Positions 36,917 to 51,148 of a DNA stretch of 64,000 nucleotides are shown one piece after another. The notes under the pieces were generated by a model. It searched no databases. It was not told the DNA's origin and worked only from the letters and a program-made list of their open reading frames with translations. The DNA is taken from assembly GCF_002105155.1 (NCBI RefSeq), contig NW_019028992.1, positions 558,001-622,000 of the forward strand. The letters run 5' to 3'. The first letter of the stretch is position 1, and the number at the start of each line of letters is the position of its first letter. Source of the stretch: Lobosporangium transversale. Its lineage: Eukaryota. The translations under genes were made by a program, and so were the position numbers.

Positions 36917-37627
36917 ATGGCCACGTCTGCTGATACCACTGCTGCTGTTCCTATTCACACATACAGTCCCGGCACACTTGTGTACGAGGTTAATTTGTCT
37001 GTTCCACGGGAGAAAGTAGACGAATATCTTCAATGGCTTCGTCAATTTACAAAGGCATGTCTCTATTTTTTTCTGTCTCCTACACGCTCTTTTATCATTG
37101 TTCGAGCCAGTGAAATTTGTAAATGAATGTTCCATCGAGTCGAAAGGAATCAGGACTAATGAGGTGTGTGTTGGCATCGACATTTCTTACAGGAGCAAGT
37201 TGAGCGCATTCCAGGATTCTTGTCCTCCATGGTTTTTCGGCAGCCCAAGCCATGTAAGAATAAAACTTTTTTTTTTTTCTCTTCCGGGTGGGTCCATACC
37301 CAGACCCCATACTTTCTTTCCAATTGGAAGAAAGCAAAAATTATTATGTCCCTGTTTTTTCCGAAGTGAATGTTTTGTATGAGAATGTCACTTGTTAGAC
37401 TAAACCTTTTTTTTTTTTTTTTTTTTTTTTTGAAATGCTTAGATGGATTACATTGGCTTTCAGAAGAAGGCAATAATAAGACCTATATCACAGTTCACTA
37501 TGTAATTGAGTCGCAAGCACACCTTGAACAATACTTGGCAAAGGAACAACCTACTGTGGCTGCAGCAGAGCAGGAGCGTTTTGAATTCTTGGTCACTAGT
37601 CGTCGTACTCTCAGTGTTGTGTTTTAA
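36917..37627 (+). CDS. Small DUF4286-like (dimeric alpha/beta barrel) protein, 3 exons
   Basis: Spliced product LVYEVNLSVPREKVDEYLQWL...EQVERIPGF...YITVHYVIESQAHLEQYL...RF...RRTL. Introns 37055-37192 (GC-AG) and 37254-37442. Confidence 0.7.
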
Positions 37628-37892
37628 ACATTGAAAGAGCACCTTCTATCGAGCCGGAAGAACCAAATCGACTTTCGCAACAACAAGCAAACACATAATA
37701 ATAACAGTAACGAATGATAAAAAAAAAAACAAATAAATAAAGACAAACAAACAAACAAACAAACAAAAAGAAAAAAACGACCGCAGGAAATACCAATACA
37801 GTAACCGTATCATAGTCTAGCTGTTAACAACTGGAACTGTATTCGTTATCGAATGTTAAATAATAAGAAAAAAGAAGTGCACAGGAAAACCC

Positions 37893-38830
37893 TTAGCTGT
37901 CTTTATTCATAGCCTCAGGAAGCAAATAGGCTGGTGTCTCTACGATGTTGTAGGGTGTTGGCTCTGGTGTTCCAAAAACAGTTTTCATTGGAACGACACC
38001 CGAATAATGTTTCTTGAGCAACTCGGGATCTTCTTTATCCTTGATATCATCACTCACACCTCCAGTCCTGATCTTGGCCGAGGCACGTTCAATCTGGACA
38101 GCGATGACTTTAGTCGATTTGAGATCAATTGTGTTGGGCGGACGAGAATCATTCCAACGATCTGCATGTCGGAAAGGTTGGTTCGTGATAGCTTCCAAAG
38201 CGCGATCCTTTTCTTCTGGAGAATCGACTAGTCGACCTCGACCAAAGATAACGGCAGACTTGTAGTTCATGGAGTTATGGAATGGCGACATTGCAACTAC
38301 AAGCGCATCCACTTGTGAAACCTTTTTTTTTTTTTTTTAGAAAAGATTGATCAGCACTTTCAAAAATTGATAGAGACCTTTTTTTTCACTATTCAGATTA
38401 GGATGATCCTAATATATACATACTGTAATGCACACTTTGGGAAGCGTATCGGATGCCAAGGCCTTCATCATGCGTCCACTTACGTATCTGTGAATAAGAA
38501 AGAGGAGAAAAGGCTGAATATAGCGTTCATGGAGAAATTGCTAGATGCAGATGGAGACTTTCAAAATTCAACTACAGAAAAAAAAAACGGAAGAAAGACC
38601 TACCCATGAAGGTAGACAGTGTCGTCAACTCGACCGTAGCACATGGGCATTACAAATGGCCAATCATCCTCATCTGCAGCCCCTGGAGGCAACGTGAATC
38701 CGACATGGGCCAATAGGTTGTTGTCGAGAATAGAATGTATCGTCTCTGCATCATAGCGAGCGCGGTCTTTGAGACGATGAACCTGATTGATAGCCTTATG
38801 AGACGTTGGTGTATACTCTACAGCTGCCAT
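37893..38830 (-). CDS. Pyridoxamine 5'-phosphate oxidase-like flavin-nucleotide-binding protein (NimA-related)
   Basis: RLKDRARYD...ILD...AHVGF, PFVMPM...VYLHG and SPFHNSMNYKSAVIFG motifs. Three exons. Confidence 0.88.
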
Positions 38831-38887
38831 TCTTTAAAAAAAAAAATTTTCCAATTAGTCCGTGTTCCTAAAAATTGATGCTTGTTG

Positions 38888-38918
<31 letters not shown>

Positions 38919-40098
38919 GATATGAGGAAGATGAAAAGTAAGAAAAAAAGAAAATACAAAACCATTGGATCGAGACCAAGGCCTTTTTAAACAATCGTGA
39001 GAAAAATTAAATAACAGATGATCACAGTTCGGACCAGTTCGCCGAACTTTTCAGAGCGCATGCTTGTGTTACCATCAACTGGGAAGACTATGTAACTCAC
39101 AATGACTCTTCTTTACCTCTCTGTCCTTTTGGCAACGTACTGGCCTTGCCTCAACCCTGTAATAGCCATAATTTCTGACTAAGATTTGCGCCGCTTTTTT
39201 TTTTTTTTCCCCATAGTTCTATACCTACTCGAGCTCAAGCAGTTGGACGCGTCCGCAGCTAGTCTATACCGCAAAACCTCTCTCAATCGATAACAACCGC
39301 AATCGCGAAGCTGGATTTACTTACAAATTATCTTTTGTGTCAAGACGCCCTATTTGTCTGCGGATTACCAGCCGTACAGATTGATGAGTGCTAGTATGTT
39401 GACGACATGCGGATGTCGTCATCGCTCTCTTGGCGCTTGTAACGATGGCACGAGTGTTGCTGGTGCTAGTTGCCTGTGCGGATGAGCAACTGGTTTTTCT
39501 CTGCTAAAATACCTCTTTTTTCCATGTGTCCTTATCCTTATATGGGGAGTAGACCACCACACTTGCCCATAGCTATTGAAGGCTGGTGTTGAAGCAGAAG
39601 CAATTAGAAGCAAACTGAGACAATATATGGGCTATTGGATATTATCCAGATGCGGATCAGCATCAGTTAGTTTGTGTATGATGATCATTGGAGCAAGGTC
39701 AGGGCTGGTGTGTGTTTGGCGCAGTTGTGATTCTTATTGCTTGATCGCCTTTATAAGTATGCTGATATTTGTGCTACTGCCTTGGCTATTGTTATTGATT
39801 GGGCTACTAAGTAATGACCTTGGCGGATGGTGCGGTTTCTGGATATGCAGCCTGCCTTTTGTTTTCTTGCCACTTTCTCCAGTACCGTTTATAGAACCCG
39901 GGTATATGACCAAGCGAGCAAACTCATAGTAGGTTGTGGTAATGTCTTTCCACAGACCTCTGAATTTGAAACAACACAAAATCCAGCATCGATGCAAAGC
40001 TCTACCACTATGTGGTTTCCATCAATTATTCTGCAAGTATTTTTCATTTAGATCCTTTGTTCACAAGAATACACTTCGCGAATGGGTACTTCCAAATA

Positions 40099-40132
<34 letters not shown>

Positions 40133-41070
40133 TTTTTTTTTTTTTTTTTTTTTTTTTTTGGCTATTTGCTGATTTAAATAAGTGTATTACTGTGGCTAGA
40201 GTAACGGTTCTTGTAGAATCCACGCGTATCTGTATTCTTAAATGTGTGAATAAAGCAGGACTGAGATGTATTTTCTACCTCGTGTCCTGTGTGTAGGATG
40301 AAAATGGTGTGTTGCCAGTCCAAAAACTTGTCTGTTCCTAGATTCGTTCTCCATTTGGGATAGTTAAGGTTGTGGAGATTGATCTTTTACGACCAGCAAT
40401 GACAGTCATATCAATTTTGTGTGCCACCCATTAAGGCTCTCACTTTTAGGATTTTATTGAGTGAAAAGCTGGGTCATTAAAAGTTGTCTGACAGGACAAT
40501 GTAATATGGGTTTAGGTAGCACATGTTATCCGGAGGAAATAGCAGCTTTGATTGTCGGGAAGATGATAACTTTGTTAACTACATCTAACGAGGGCGTATG
40601 GGAATAGCATATTAGGTGCTTTGTTGTGGTGCTGAGGATAGGTAGGGTAAGATCAATTTGTGCCAAAAGCATATTTTTTAGTTTGGATACGACATGTGAA
40701 TTAAAAAACAAAAAAAGGAAATGGCGCCGTCCAAACGCTCTTGAGAAATGAGAAAAAATTCTCTCGGCGTACAATTTTTTATTTTTAGGTGAGCCATCAC
40801 TAGACGCGATCATCAAATGAGCGTGCACTGACACAAAGCATTGCCAGAAGAGTGCCTGTTACTCGGTAAATTGGCACGTTTTGTGGGTTTTTGTGGTCAG
40901 TTTCTTTTTTTTCCCCTCTTTCTTTCTTTTCTTTTTTTTATAATCAGCTCATTTTTTTTCTATACATCCTCTATACTCTCTCTTCTTTTACTCCTACTTC
41001 ATTGCTTCGTACTTCTATTCATTGTCCCCTTTGTATTATTATAATTAAAAAAAAAAAAAAAAAAAAAACC

Positions 41071-42756
41071 ATGTCAGGAATGCGAACACTGAGAATATTA
41101 AGCATGGGGATTGTCCTCTTCACAGGCTTATCTCTATATCATTTATCGACTAATCTTCAGAACATGGAAGCCAATAATGTGTATCATAGTCAATATCCGA
41201 CAACACAAATAACTTCAATAAATAACATTGCCAGCAACAGCACCAGAGCCGGCAACATCCATATGAACAGCAATAACAACATTGGCAATACTGGCGACAC
41301 TAACGGCCATTATGCACCGCCAATATCACCGCCCGTAGTGGTGTCTGATTCAGAGCTCGATCAAAAACAGACTAATGATCATAGCCCTCAAGGGTCTCTG
41401 CTTTTACCAATATCTAAAGAAACACCTCTACCTCCGGATATCCCCAAGGCAAAGACACTCCTTGATCCTAATGTTAAATACCTCAGCTTCATGACATATG
41501 CAGGGCTAACTAATCAAGTATGGCACACAATTGACAAAAAAAGAAAAAACTCTAGTCCCTTTTTTCTTGGATGGGAATCAAAAGAAGACGAAAAAAGAAG
41601 TTACACAATTTCTCTTTGTCCATAACTGTACACATTGGGGTCATCCGCCCAATTAACCTTACGCTTTCCTCTCGACTCTCGACTTCTATTTTGTGCTTTG
41701 TAGTTCATGGCCCTCGAGAATGCAGCATACGTTGCCCTTCGTATTAACAGAACGCTCATTATCCCACCCATCACGACCAATTCACATGACAATCACAATT
41801 CAAACCAACGCTGGTCTGACTTCTTCGACCTTTCGCAATTCTCTACCTTGACAGGGCTCAAGGTTGTGGAATGGAGTGATATCCGGCCTCTGAATGCTGA
41901 CCAAATAGAGGTTGGTAAACGTCAAGTGCGTGCGGGAGGGAAGCATTATCCAATATGGGAAAAGTTAGCTGATAACCTAACCTGTCAAGTAATCTATGGG
42001 TTTGGGGACTCGGAACGGTTACATACAACCGAGCTGACTTTTGCACGCCAATTCTTGTTCCGCCCTCAGTTTGTACGTCCACCTCCTCGGAAGAACAAGA
42101 CTCAAGTTTTTGATCGAGCCTATATCGGATCCAAAGATAACCTCAATATGGACGATATTGTGACAATAGATGACCTAGTGGATCGATATGAAGACAATTC
42201 CGATCAACTCTTGTTCTTGAGCCATTCATTCAAACTAAAGGATCCTTTAGGAAGGCGATCATGGTTCCTTGTCGGAAGACATTTACATTTCTTGCCAAAG
42301 GTCAATGATTATGCAAAACAATTGATTCTACACCATGCACCGGAGACGAAAGAGCATGGAAAGTATATTGCGGTTCATGTTCGTAGAGGGGATATCTGGC
42401 AGAAATGTCGCGACAAAACAGAAGAGGAGATGGTGACCTGTATTGTGCCGTTAGGGCGCTATGCAGAAGCTGTAGAAACAGCATATCGGATTGCAGGGGA
42501 ACGTTTGCCTGTGCTTGTTGCCACAGATTCTCAATCAGAAGAAGATCATGTTGCGATGGCCAAGTTGGGTTGGCGACGGTTGAATCATAACCTCTACACA
42601 ACTGAAAAAGAGCTAGGGATCTTTGGACCTGCGTTGGTGGATGCAGCGATTCTGGTGAATGCAGAGGTAATGGTTGGAAGCTATAGTAGCAGCATGAGTC
42701 GTGTGGCCGCAAGGAGGCAAAGGGGTTGGCGTCAACGAGAGGCGCTCTACCCCTGA
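41071..42756 (+). CDS. GDP-fucose O-fucosyltransferase family protein (type II membrane)
   Basis: N-terminal signal anchor, AGLTNQ|FMALENA...NRTLIIPP across intron 41518-41703, YIAVHVRRGD, VATDS and GSYSSSMS. Confidence 0.85.
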
Positions 42757-43237
42757 ACAACTGCTTTGTGGATGTTTATTTCGCAAAAAAATATATTTAT
42801 ATAGTTAAAGTGCATACCCAGTAATAGCTTACTTTCTTTTCTTTTGTCTTCTTTCACGTCTGTGATGTTATTGCCCTCTTTCCCCTTTTATTTTCAAGAA
42901 TCTCTTTTGTACAGAATAGTTAATCAATAAATTTCTATCGTTTGCTTGAAAGTCGACAGTCGATCCATTAAGTACATCTGCTTTTTACAAGCTCTCGCAT
43001 GATGTCGGCAGTGTTCATAAAGAGTCATATCTCTATATAATCTAGCAACATATCATGATTATAAAAAAAAGTATCATGAGTGGTCACCATTCATTATCAA
43101 ATTGTCATCGATAGAAACGCCCTCGATTCATAATACTCATAGAAAATAGACGGAGCAGATGTGGTGAGCTCCCTTCACATTGAGATGGCTCCGCCTCCGG
43201 AGGCGAAGTGTATTAGAGTCATAGAACTCTTATCGCA

Positions 43238-43276
<39 letters not shown>

Positions 43277-43705
43277 GCAGTAAAAGAGATGAAGTAGCAA
43301 GTGACAAGTACAGTTATTCTAGCAAATGATAATAAGAAAAAAAAAAGAGATGGAATTGTGCTTCGCCCACGAGTAGATGCATGCTCATTGGTTTATAACC
43401 AAAGGAATGACCGCAGCAAAAATGTAATGCAACGCCTCCATTTCCCCCTCATAAACACATTCTCATTTATCCATTATCACGAGAGAAAGAGGAGATCGGG
43501 AGCATAAAATGGTGAGCCCTTTTTTCTTTTTCTTTTTTTTCCCTTCTTTCTTTCTTTCCTTTTTTTATCTTAAAAGACTTCCCCTTTTCTAAGAGAAAAA
43601 AAAAAAAAATCAACACATTCTTTTTACAAATATACCAAATCAAACAATCACCAGTAGCAAAAGACTCACTTTGTTTAGCAAAGCAAAAAAAAAGTGACAC
43701 CAAAC

Positions 43706-46700
43706 ATGGGTATCAACAAAATTGACAAGGATGCAAAAATAGAAGTAGAAGCAATCTGCAAGGCATTCCATCCACTGGAAAATGATGATTCTGTAACAGT
43801 ACTATCCTTCAAGGTTCCTCCTCCTGCGCCACTTAATACTGAAGACGGAGATGGCTCTGCTGCTGCGACAGCTGTATTGCAGAAGAAGGAAGCCTTCTTC
43901 GACATTTGTCTCGATATTTCGGGATCCATGGCAGGGTCTGGAATCGCATGCGCGAAAAGGGCGATGAAAAATCTCATCCGTCATCTAATTGAGAATTGTA
44001 GTGTGCCATACTCCAGAATTACGGTCTATCTATTTCAAAGCGACTGCAAAGTCCGACGTTTGAAGAGTGACAATGATTATGATTGGATCGATAGTATAAA
44101 AGCGGGAGGAGGTAAAGCGAACATATTATTTTTTTCTCTTCTGCACTGCCCAATCATACTCTTGGGACTAATGGAGGCTATAAAGCTCATCAGCAGATTA
44201 GAGAGCAAGGGGAATTAACTTTTTTTATGCTTTCATATTTCAAGGAACGATTTTTGCCAACGTGTTCAAGGAGGTGATCAATAATACTGCCGCTCATCTT
44301 GAAGAAGTTGGGTCTGACAAGGTAGATGTGGAGATGACCTTGTTCTTCCTGACTGACGGCGAGGACGGGGACAGAGGCGCTTTGAATAGGATCAAGGGCA
44401 GCTTCGAGAACCTGCTAAAGGGTACGGAAAGGCTAGATACGACCGTTCATACATTTGGGTTCTCATCTAGCCATGATGCTAAGCTTTTGAGTTGGTTGAC
44501 GAGCATTGGAAAGAACAGTGGATGCTTCCAGTATATCCAGTCAGCGTCCGAGATCGAGACAGCAATGGCAAAGACATTGCAGCTGCTGGGTGACTCTTCT
44601 ATAATGGTCGCAAGGAGGAAAATAGAGATCCTCCCCATAGAAGATGGAGAAGTGGCCCAGAATGGGAGGAATTGGATCCCAGTCAAGCTGGAGAGTGATG
44701 GCCTATCTGGTTCAGCTGTGGTACGTGGCAAACTATTCACTGGAAGTCTGATCAAGTGGAGAGAGCAGCAGCAGCATACACAGGAGGACAACAACAGCAG
44801 TAGCAGTGTTACAAATGCTCCAGCTTCCCCATCTAATCAAGCCGTTCACGATATGCGCGTTGAATGGCTGCCAGAGGACAGTGTACAGCGTATTCTATCT
44901 ATGATGACATTTATCCAGCACGAGCTCGTAAGACTAGTCGAAGTCATCAACGCTATTGGCAGCGGCTCCGGGTCCGCGAGTGAGAAGCGCACAAAGCTAC
45001 TCGCGGTTGACGCAGAGACGGAATCGTATACGAAAGTACTAGGCACCATGACCTCTGCAGCAGCAAGGATGAAGGACAAGGCTTCACGTGAGCCTTGCAT
45101 GTTGGCTTGTCAACAGACTCGATCACTCCTTCAGTCATTCCTGACCGTCAAGGCAGACGCCCACAAACAAGGCGGATCGATTTCCAACACCAGCTTGGCG
45201 ACATTCAATTCCCTCGCGTATGGCCAGATTACAGAGGCCAAGCTGAAGGCTAAACTGGACGCTAGGGCTGGAAAGAACACGGCATTGTTTGCAGACCTTG
45301 ATGAAAAGGTGAAGTCGATTGTGGAGGGTATGGATCTTGATGCGATGGAAACTGCAGAATCTGAGGATAAACTCCGTGAGCTTTCTTGTGCATTCTCAAC
45401 CAACAGCTACATCGAGGCGCTTCGTGATGGTGATTGTCTTTGCATGACTATGGACGGTAAGCGCTTTTTTTTTTTTTTTTTTTTTTTTTCTTGTGGATAA
45501 TTTAAAACTGAAATTCTTTTCGTTATTGATTTCTGACACATGAATTTACAAACGTAAATGGTTTGATGACTATTTATAGTATCTCGAGGCGCTGGCACTA
45601 TCGCAGACCCAAGTCAGTTGGTGATCAAGTCTATCTTCCCAACTTACCTGACCTCATCCATGTTTACCATGGCTCTGGGCCATTCACTCTCGCAAAACAC
45701 TCCTGAAGACGTTCATGGGGGCTTTGATCGCAATAGTTTTGCTAGCATTGCTCCTGGTGTTGCTCATGAGAATATTACTGCAGTTATGCCTCTTTACATT
45801 AATAAGGAGCATTGGCAGGTAGCTAAGCTGCGTATGAAGGTAAGGCGGTATCTACAGCCTCTTGTATGTGGTTCGGATTCTTTGCACCCGGGGGTGCAAG
45901 CCTGGTGCCGAGTATTAACAAAAATATCGTTGTACCATTTCTATGCTATTCTATGTTGTAGCCTATCCTGGGTTATGTGGTGACACTGGACGCGACGGGA
46001 TACACTTACAGCCAGTCGACGACCGTGCCTTTCCTTGTCTTGGCCAAAGCCATAGAGTCTTATCCCATGACAGAATTTAGACAGCACCAGATCAAGTTAA
46101 TTCTTGAGACCTGCGATGCCATCTACTTCGACTCAAGGAACTTGCGTGACACTACAAGATCGATGGTCCAGCAGTACTGTAGCTCACATACGCAGCGTAC
46201 TGTAGACGTGGTGGTCAACAACTACGTATTCTTAGGTCACATCATTTGCGCATTGCGTGCTGGTGATATTACGGGGGAGGAGATGAGGGCCATGATGCCT
46301 AAATTTGAGACTGCCATCATAGAGGAGCAGATCCGTAGAGACATGTCCTGGAGAGTTTCGGAAGATTTAATGGGAAGTGTGATGGACTGGTTCAATATCG
46401 ATAGACAAAGAGACATTGTTATCCCTGGACGCCGATACCGCGAGCAGCACGATGCTTATGTAAGAGCATTGGAAAAAGAGAGAGGTGATTTTGGCATCGA
46501 GGGGCAATATCGTGCTCTGTTTGAAGCCACGAGGCTGAAGCAAGGCGTCAAGGAGACTCAACCAGCTGAGTCCGAGAAAGCAGAAGCAAAGGTGGACTCA
46601 AAGTTGTCACCATCAGTAGTAGCGTCTTCCCTATCCATATCCGATCCAGCAGTTATGGTGAAACCAGAGTTTAGCGTTCCAGAGTTTGATCCTGTCCAAT

Positions 46701-47747
46701 GGGAAATCTCGGAAGCATCCTTAGATCGCTTAAGCATGATCCAGCATGCTGTCTCTACAAGTGTTGACAAGATTCGCCGGCTTCTAGAAGTAGTGAAATC
46801 TCCATTTGATAACGAATTGTCTGAAGTCCTAACCGTACGTCTGGGGTCCTTCCCACATAAGGGTCTTTCGGATGAGTTTTTTGCAAGGTATTCTACCAAG
46901 GTTAACCTTGCAACGCTGCTTCAAGCCTATGCTCACGTCAAGAACTCTGACCGCCGGTCGATTGAAAAGTTTATGACCCCTTTTGAGCGTGAGAAGGCTA
47001 CAGGGCCAGACACTGTTGCAGACGAAGCCCTTCAGTTCCTTAAATCATTACAGAATGCAAAGATGGCTCAGATGGTGAACGAAATTGTATCTGCGGTCGA
47101 AGAAGAGTATCTCGAATCGAAGAAGAATGGAGCTGCATCCATTTTCTTGAATACAATGGACCTAACGGTGGCAGCAGCTGTGTTGATCGAGTCCAAGTAC
47201 AGGGGAGGCACAGGAGGTTCGTTGGTCACGCTTTGCGCAAGATCAGACATGACTTTGCCACGTGAAAAAATCCAGATGATGCTCAGCGGAGTGTTTATGG
47301 GTGTTCGTTTGTTTTCAGACAAGAGTGGAGCCGGTAAGACTCTTTTCTCCCCTCTTCCCACAATTCATTTTTTGGTATATTTTGCTAAGCATTTATCCAT
47401 GATTTTTTTTTTTTTTTTTTATAGCAGAGGATATTCGCTGGTTCCCCTGCAAACAGACACTCTATCGCATGTTCATGAGATACCACGACAAGTTCACACT
47501 AAGCGAGTGGTACGTTTATTTCCCTTTAACATATTGTCGACCTAACTGTTTTTTTGATTCGCTTTTATTATTAGTTAGGATAGAGGTATTAACATCCTCA
47601 ATCTCGTTTTTTTCTAGGCGTCAGTTCCACCCTAATAATTATGATGACTATTTTGCATACCGATATGTCATTGATGGACATCTCTCAGAGCTTCCAGAGG
47701 AGGGTCAGTCTGAAGTCAAGGCGATCTACGAGGGTCGTTTCAGTTGA
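43706..47747 (+). CDS. Large von Willebrand factor type A domain protein, multi-exon
   Basis: MIDAS motif LDISGSM, GG|GT, FFLTDGED and HTFGF. Long helical C-terminal region of unknown function. Confidence 0.85.
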
Positions 47748-49092
47748 TAGTCTCCACCCTCTTAGTTCTTTAGCGTCGGAAAAAAATAAAATAATAAAAA
47801 TAAAAGCTATTGACGTAGCAATATAATTAATTAAGCAAACATCAAGATGATGATACGAGAAGAAGACCCTATTTAAGGGACAATTGCGCCTCGGCTTCTA
47901 TATTGCATGTTTACTTGCGAAAATATATTACACAGGCTATACCCGATTACATGGCATGTCCAATACCACAAGAACCACCTAACGGTCTTATAAATTTTGA
48001 AATATGGTATTTAATTCAGCGCAGAGAGACTTAATCAAAAGTTGGTTCACAGTTCAGAGAAGAGGGAAAGAATGACAATTATTTCATTTCCCCGCCGGTA
48101 TGAACCTAGATGGGCTTATTAAAGAAGCTTTTATCGCCATCATTTGACTACAAAATAACGATAATATAATACGTCTCAAGCCATTTGAAGTAGTTTGCTT
48201 ATTATGTGATTAACCATGCCATGCTTAGCCTGACAGACAGGCTACAGATGGCTATGATTATATGTGGCTCAAAGGTTCATGGCCGTTTAGTTCTATTAAG
48301 GATATGAATGAAATTATCGCATCTGTCTTACTATGAAGAATGGCAAAGTAATCATGTTCGGTTCTGATCAAGCGCGTGTTTATCAGGAGGCGCGACAAGT
48401 TTAGGTTTAAACCTTAACCCATAGACGCTCTAACGGCAGAAATGAAGCCAAGCTTATTGGCTTCGTAGTAAGGCGATGCTGGAATAGAATCTATTGCAGT
48501 ATGCTAAGCAAACGTTACTAGCCCTGGGCTACTATGTTATTTCAGAAAGTTACAAAAAGAAAGGGGAGTATGGATTTGCATTCTGCGGCAGTGCCTTTCA
48601 TCTATGGGGAATTAATACTACGTTAATGAACGAATCTCCTTGCTTGCTTAATTTCATTTTGACGGAGGGGGCAGAGCTTAGTTCTGCTTTGGCTTCGGTC
48701 ATTCTCCAGTATAAAAATTAACTGTGGGTTAGTAACTTTCTCTTATTGAATGTGAAAAGCCCCTTCATTTGTTAAAGACTTGCATGGATTTGGGGTCTCA
48801 ATATGCTCTGTTCTAGCCTCCACAACCTTTTTTTTCCCTAGTTGCTGCTATTAGTATAAGAACCTCGATGTTCGCGTCCACTTTTTCAACATCAAGCACT
48901 TCATCTTCATTAAGATCCTCAAGCAAATCTCCATCCCCACAACAGTAGCAACCACACACCTTTCTGATTAACTCGTAAGGAATAAGAATTCCCCTGTTCT
49001 ATAACATGCAACAGTATTTAAGAAAGTAAGTAAGACTAACTCCTCTCATTATTTTTCATTCCGTACGCTTTTCCTTTTTTATATAGGTCAAC

Positions 49093-49353
49093 ATGTACAA
49101 GTCCTTGGTATTCATTGGCGCTTTCTTGTTCTCTGCCGCCTCTGTCCAGGCTGCCCCTACTACTCAGGACAGTGGTTCGTGGTGCTACAACCCCAAGAAT
49201 GAACCTTACTGGGGTGCTGCCACTGCCTCCTGCTGCAATGGCTACCTTGGAGGAGACCGTCGTTGCCACAGCATCCCCGACTGCGGAGCCTTTTATCGCT
49301 GCTGCATTGTCAACTGGAATAGCGGTAACCACGCAGACGATGGTTGCCATTAG
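49093..49353 (+). CDS. Small secreted 8-cysteine protein (86 aa), copy 1
   Basis: Signal peptide ending VQA. Pattern C-x15-CC-x9-C-x5-C-x5-CC-x13-C. Paralog at 63403-63663. Splice acceptor 6 nt upstream of the ATG. Confidence 0.92.
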   Translation: MYKSLVFIGAFLFSAASVQAAPTTQDSGSWCYNPKNEPYWGAATASCCNGYLGGDRRCHSIPDCGAFYRCCIVNWNSGNHADDGCH

Positions 49354-49906
49354 ATAGCCCCTGCCAACCTGTTCGACTCTCGTTTCCTAAATCTTTAAGA
49401 ATGAAAAAATCAATAAACACTGCTCCTTGCCTTTTTGTTCAAAAATGGTGCCTTTTCAGCCAAAGAGGACGTGGTTAATATATAATAAATTCGAATAGTT
49501 TATGGGGAAATATATGTGATATGGATGAATTTATTTCGCTGCTTGCTTTCATATCAAGTTTCAAAAAGAAGGCTACGCATAGGATGGGGTATATCAAAAA
49601 AGAAAAAAAAAAAAGGCAGTGATGGTTGACACGCTTCTATTTATAATAGGGCCGTAAATGTGAAAGCATAGATTTTACAAGGAAGAGTTACAGATATCTT
49701 AGACTTCAGGCAAAACAAAAAATCCCTAGGAAGGTGGCATTCACCCAAGTTAGGTTCTTTTTTAAGAAAATGTCTAATTGTTTTAGGACATCGACATCGA
49801 ATAACAAGCGATCTCTGTAGGCTTGATCCAAATATGTGTTTTGTTTTATTGGATTATGATCTCCAATTCCAACCTTTTATTTTATTTTATTTTTTTTATT
49901 TACTCC

Positions 49907-50140
49907 CTACTTATCCTCAGGGTTTTCAGCCACTTTTACAAAGAACTCAGCGAGCATGTTCACCGCCTCCATACCAGCTCTGAATTGAACAGGATCAGAC
50001 CAATCGCCACGGCTACCTGTCCAACCATGGTGAACTTCAGTAAATCTTTTATGTACAGACCTAGTAGAAAAGTTCTTTCGGTTCACCTCCTCGACTAAAG
50101 GGATCTAGAAATAAAAAAAGGACTTGTTTTAGCCCTCTTC

Positions 50141-50174
<34 letters not shown>

Positions 50175-50896
50175 CGCTTGTGCAAATGAACGTATAATAT
50201 TTCCCTTTGTACTGCCTTCTCCTCACACCTACCATGTCATCATCATCTTTTGCAGGTAAGAGTATCACTGGACATTTGATATTCTTGACCAATTCAACTG
50301 TGCACATAGCTGGATGTGGCCCTCCAGCTGCCAAGAAGGGGCTATCGTCTTCTGATGCCGCCAAAATAGAAATATAGGTGCCCCAGCACTGTCCAAAGAT
50401 TGAAAATGTTGTACACCCATCTGAACGTAAATCCTCAACGGCTGCACGAATCAAATCGTCATAATGGTTCTTCTTGTAGTTTGCATTGTCATCTATCCAG
50501 GCTATTGCTAAAGGGCGATTTCCAATGTAGGATTCTGGTAAAATCTTCTTGAAAAAGTAAGGGGCCGAGACCTGGAACCCACCATTTGCTGTAGCGAGAC
50601 GCTTTATATGCAGTAAAAAGCAAATTGGTCGTTAGCTCCGGTCTTGATAGGAGGCTTTCAAAAGAAATGCTTCTCTCTATCATTGTATAACCTACATCAT
50701 AGAATTGATAGGTTGTGGGATGAAAGCCAAGAATATCGTAAACAGCGATGATGCCGTACTTCGAGTCCTTAGGCCCAGTCCTGTAAACCTTTTGTTCTTC
50801 TCCATGTACTTTGGTCAGTAGGACCTTATCATGGCCTTTCCTCTCCCATTCTGCGTTTGTTGGGGGAGTGTTGCAACAAGAATCTGACAAACTCAT
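49907..50896 (-). CDS. Dienelactone hydrolase family protein, multi-exon
   Basis: MSLSDSCCNTPP, IIAVYDILGF, nucleophile GQCWG and HGWTGSRGD. Stop after ...ENPEDK. Confidence 0.9.
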
Positions 50897-51148
50897 TTTT
50901 TTTATTAAAGCTTGGCTAAAGTGGAAAGGTCTATTTTTTTCTTGAATCGTGGGAATTTTTTTTTAAAAAGAAAGGAGCTAAACTGACATGAGTTCGTTTT
51001 TAAAGGCAAACGCATCTCTTGGTCAGGATGTATTAGTGGCGAAACAGTCACGGGATCCAACCAAAATGGCGTCAAAATGAAGTTAGAATGAAACTCTCTC
51101 GCTTTCTTCTTCTTTCTAAACACAGCACAAGAAACGACAGCAACAACC

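Noticed and set aside
39250..40100. Short ORFs that could be a pseudogene or transposon relic
   Set aside because: No recognisable motif, consistent splice structure or terminal repeats.
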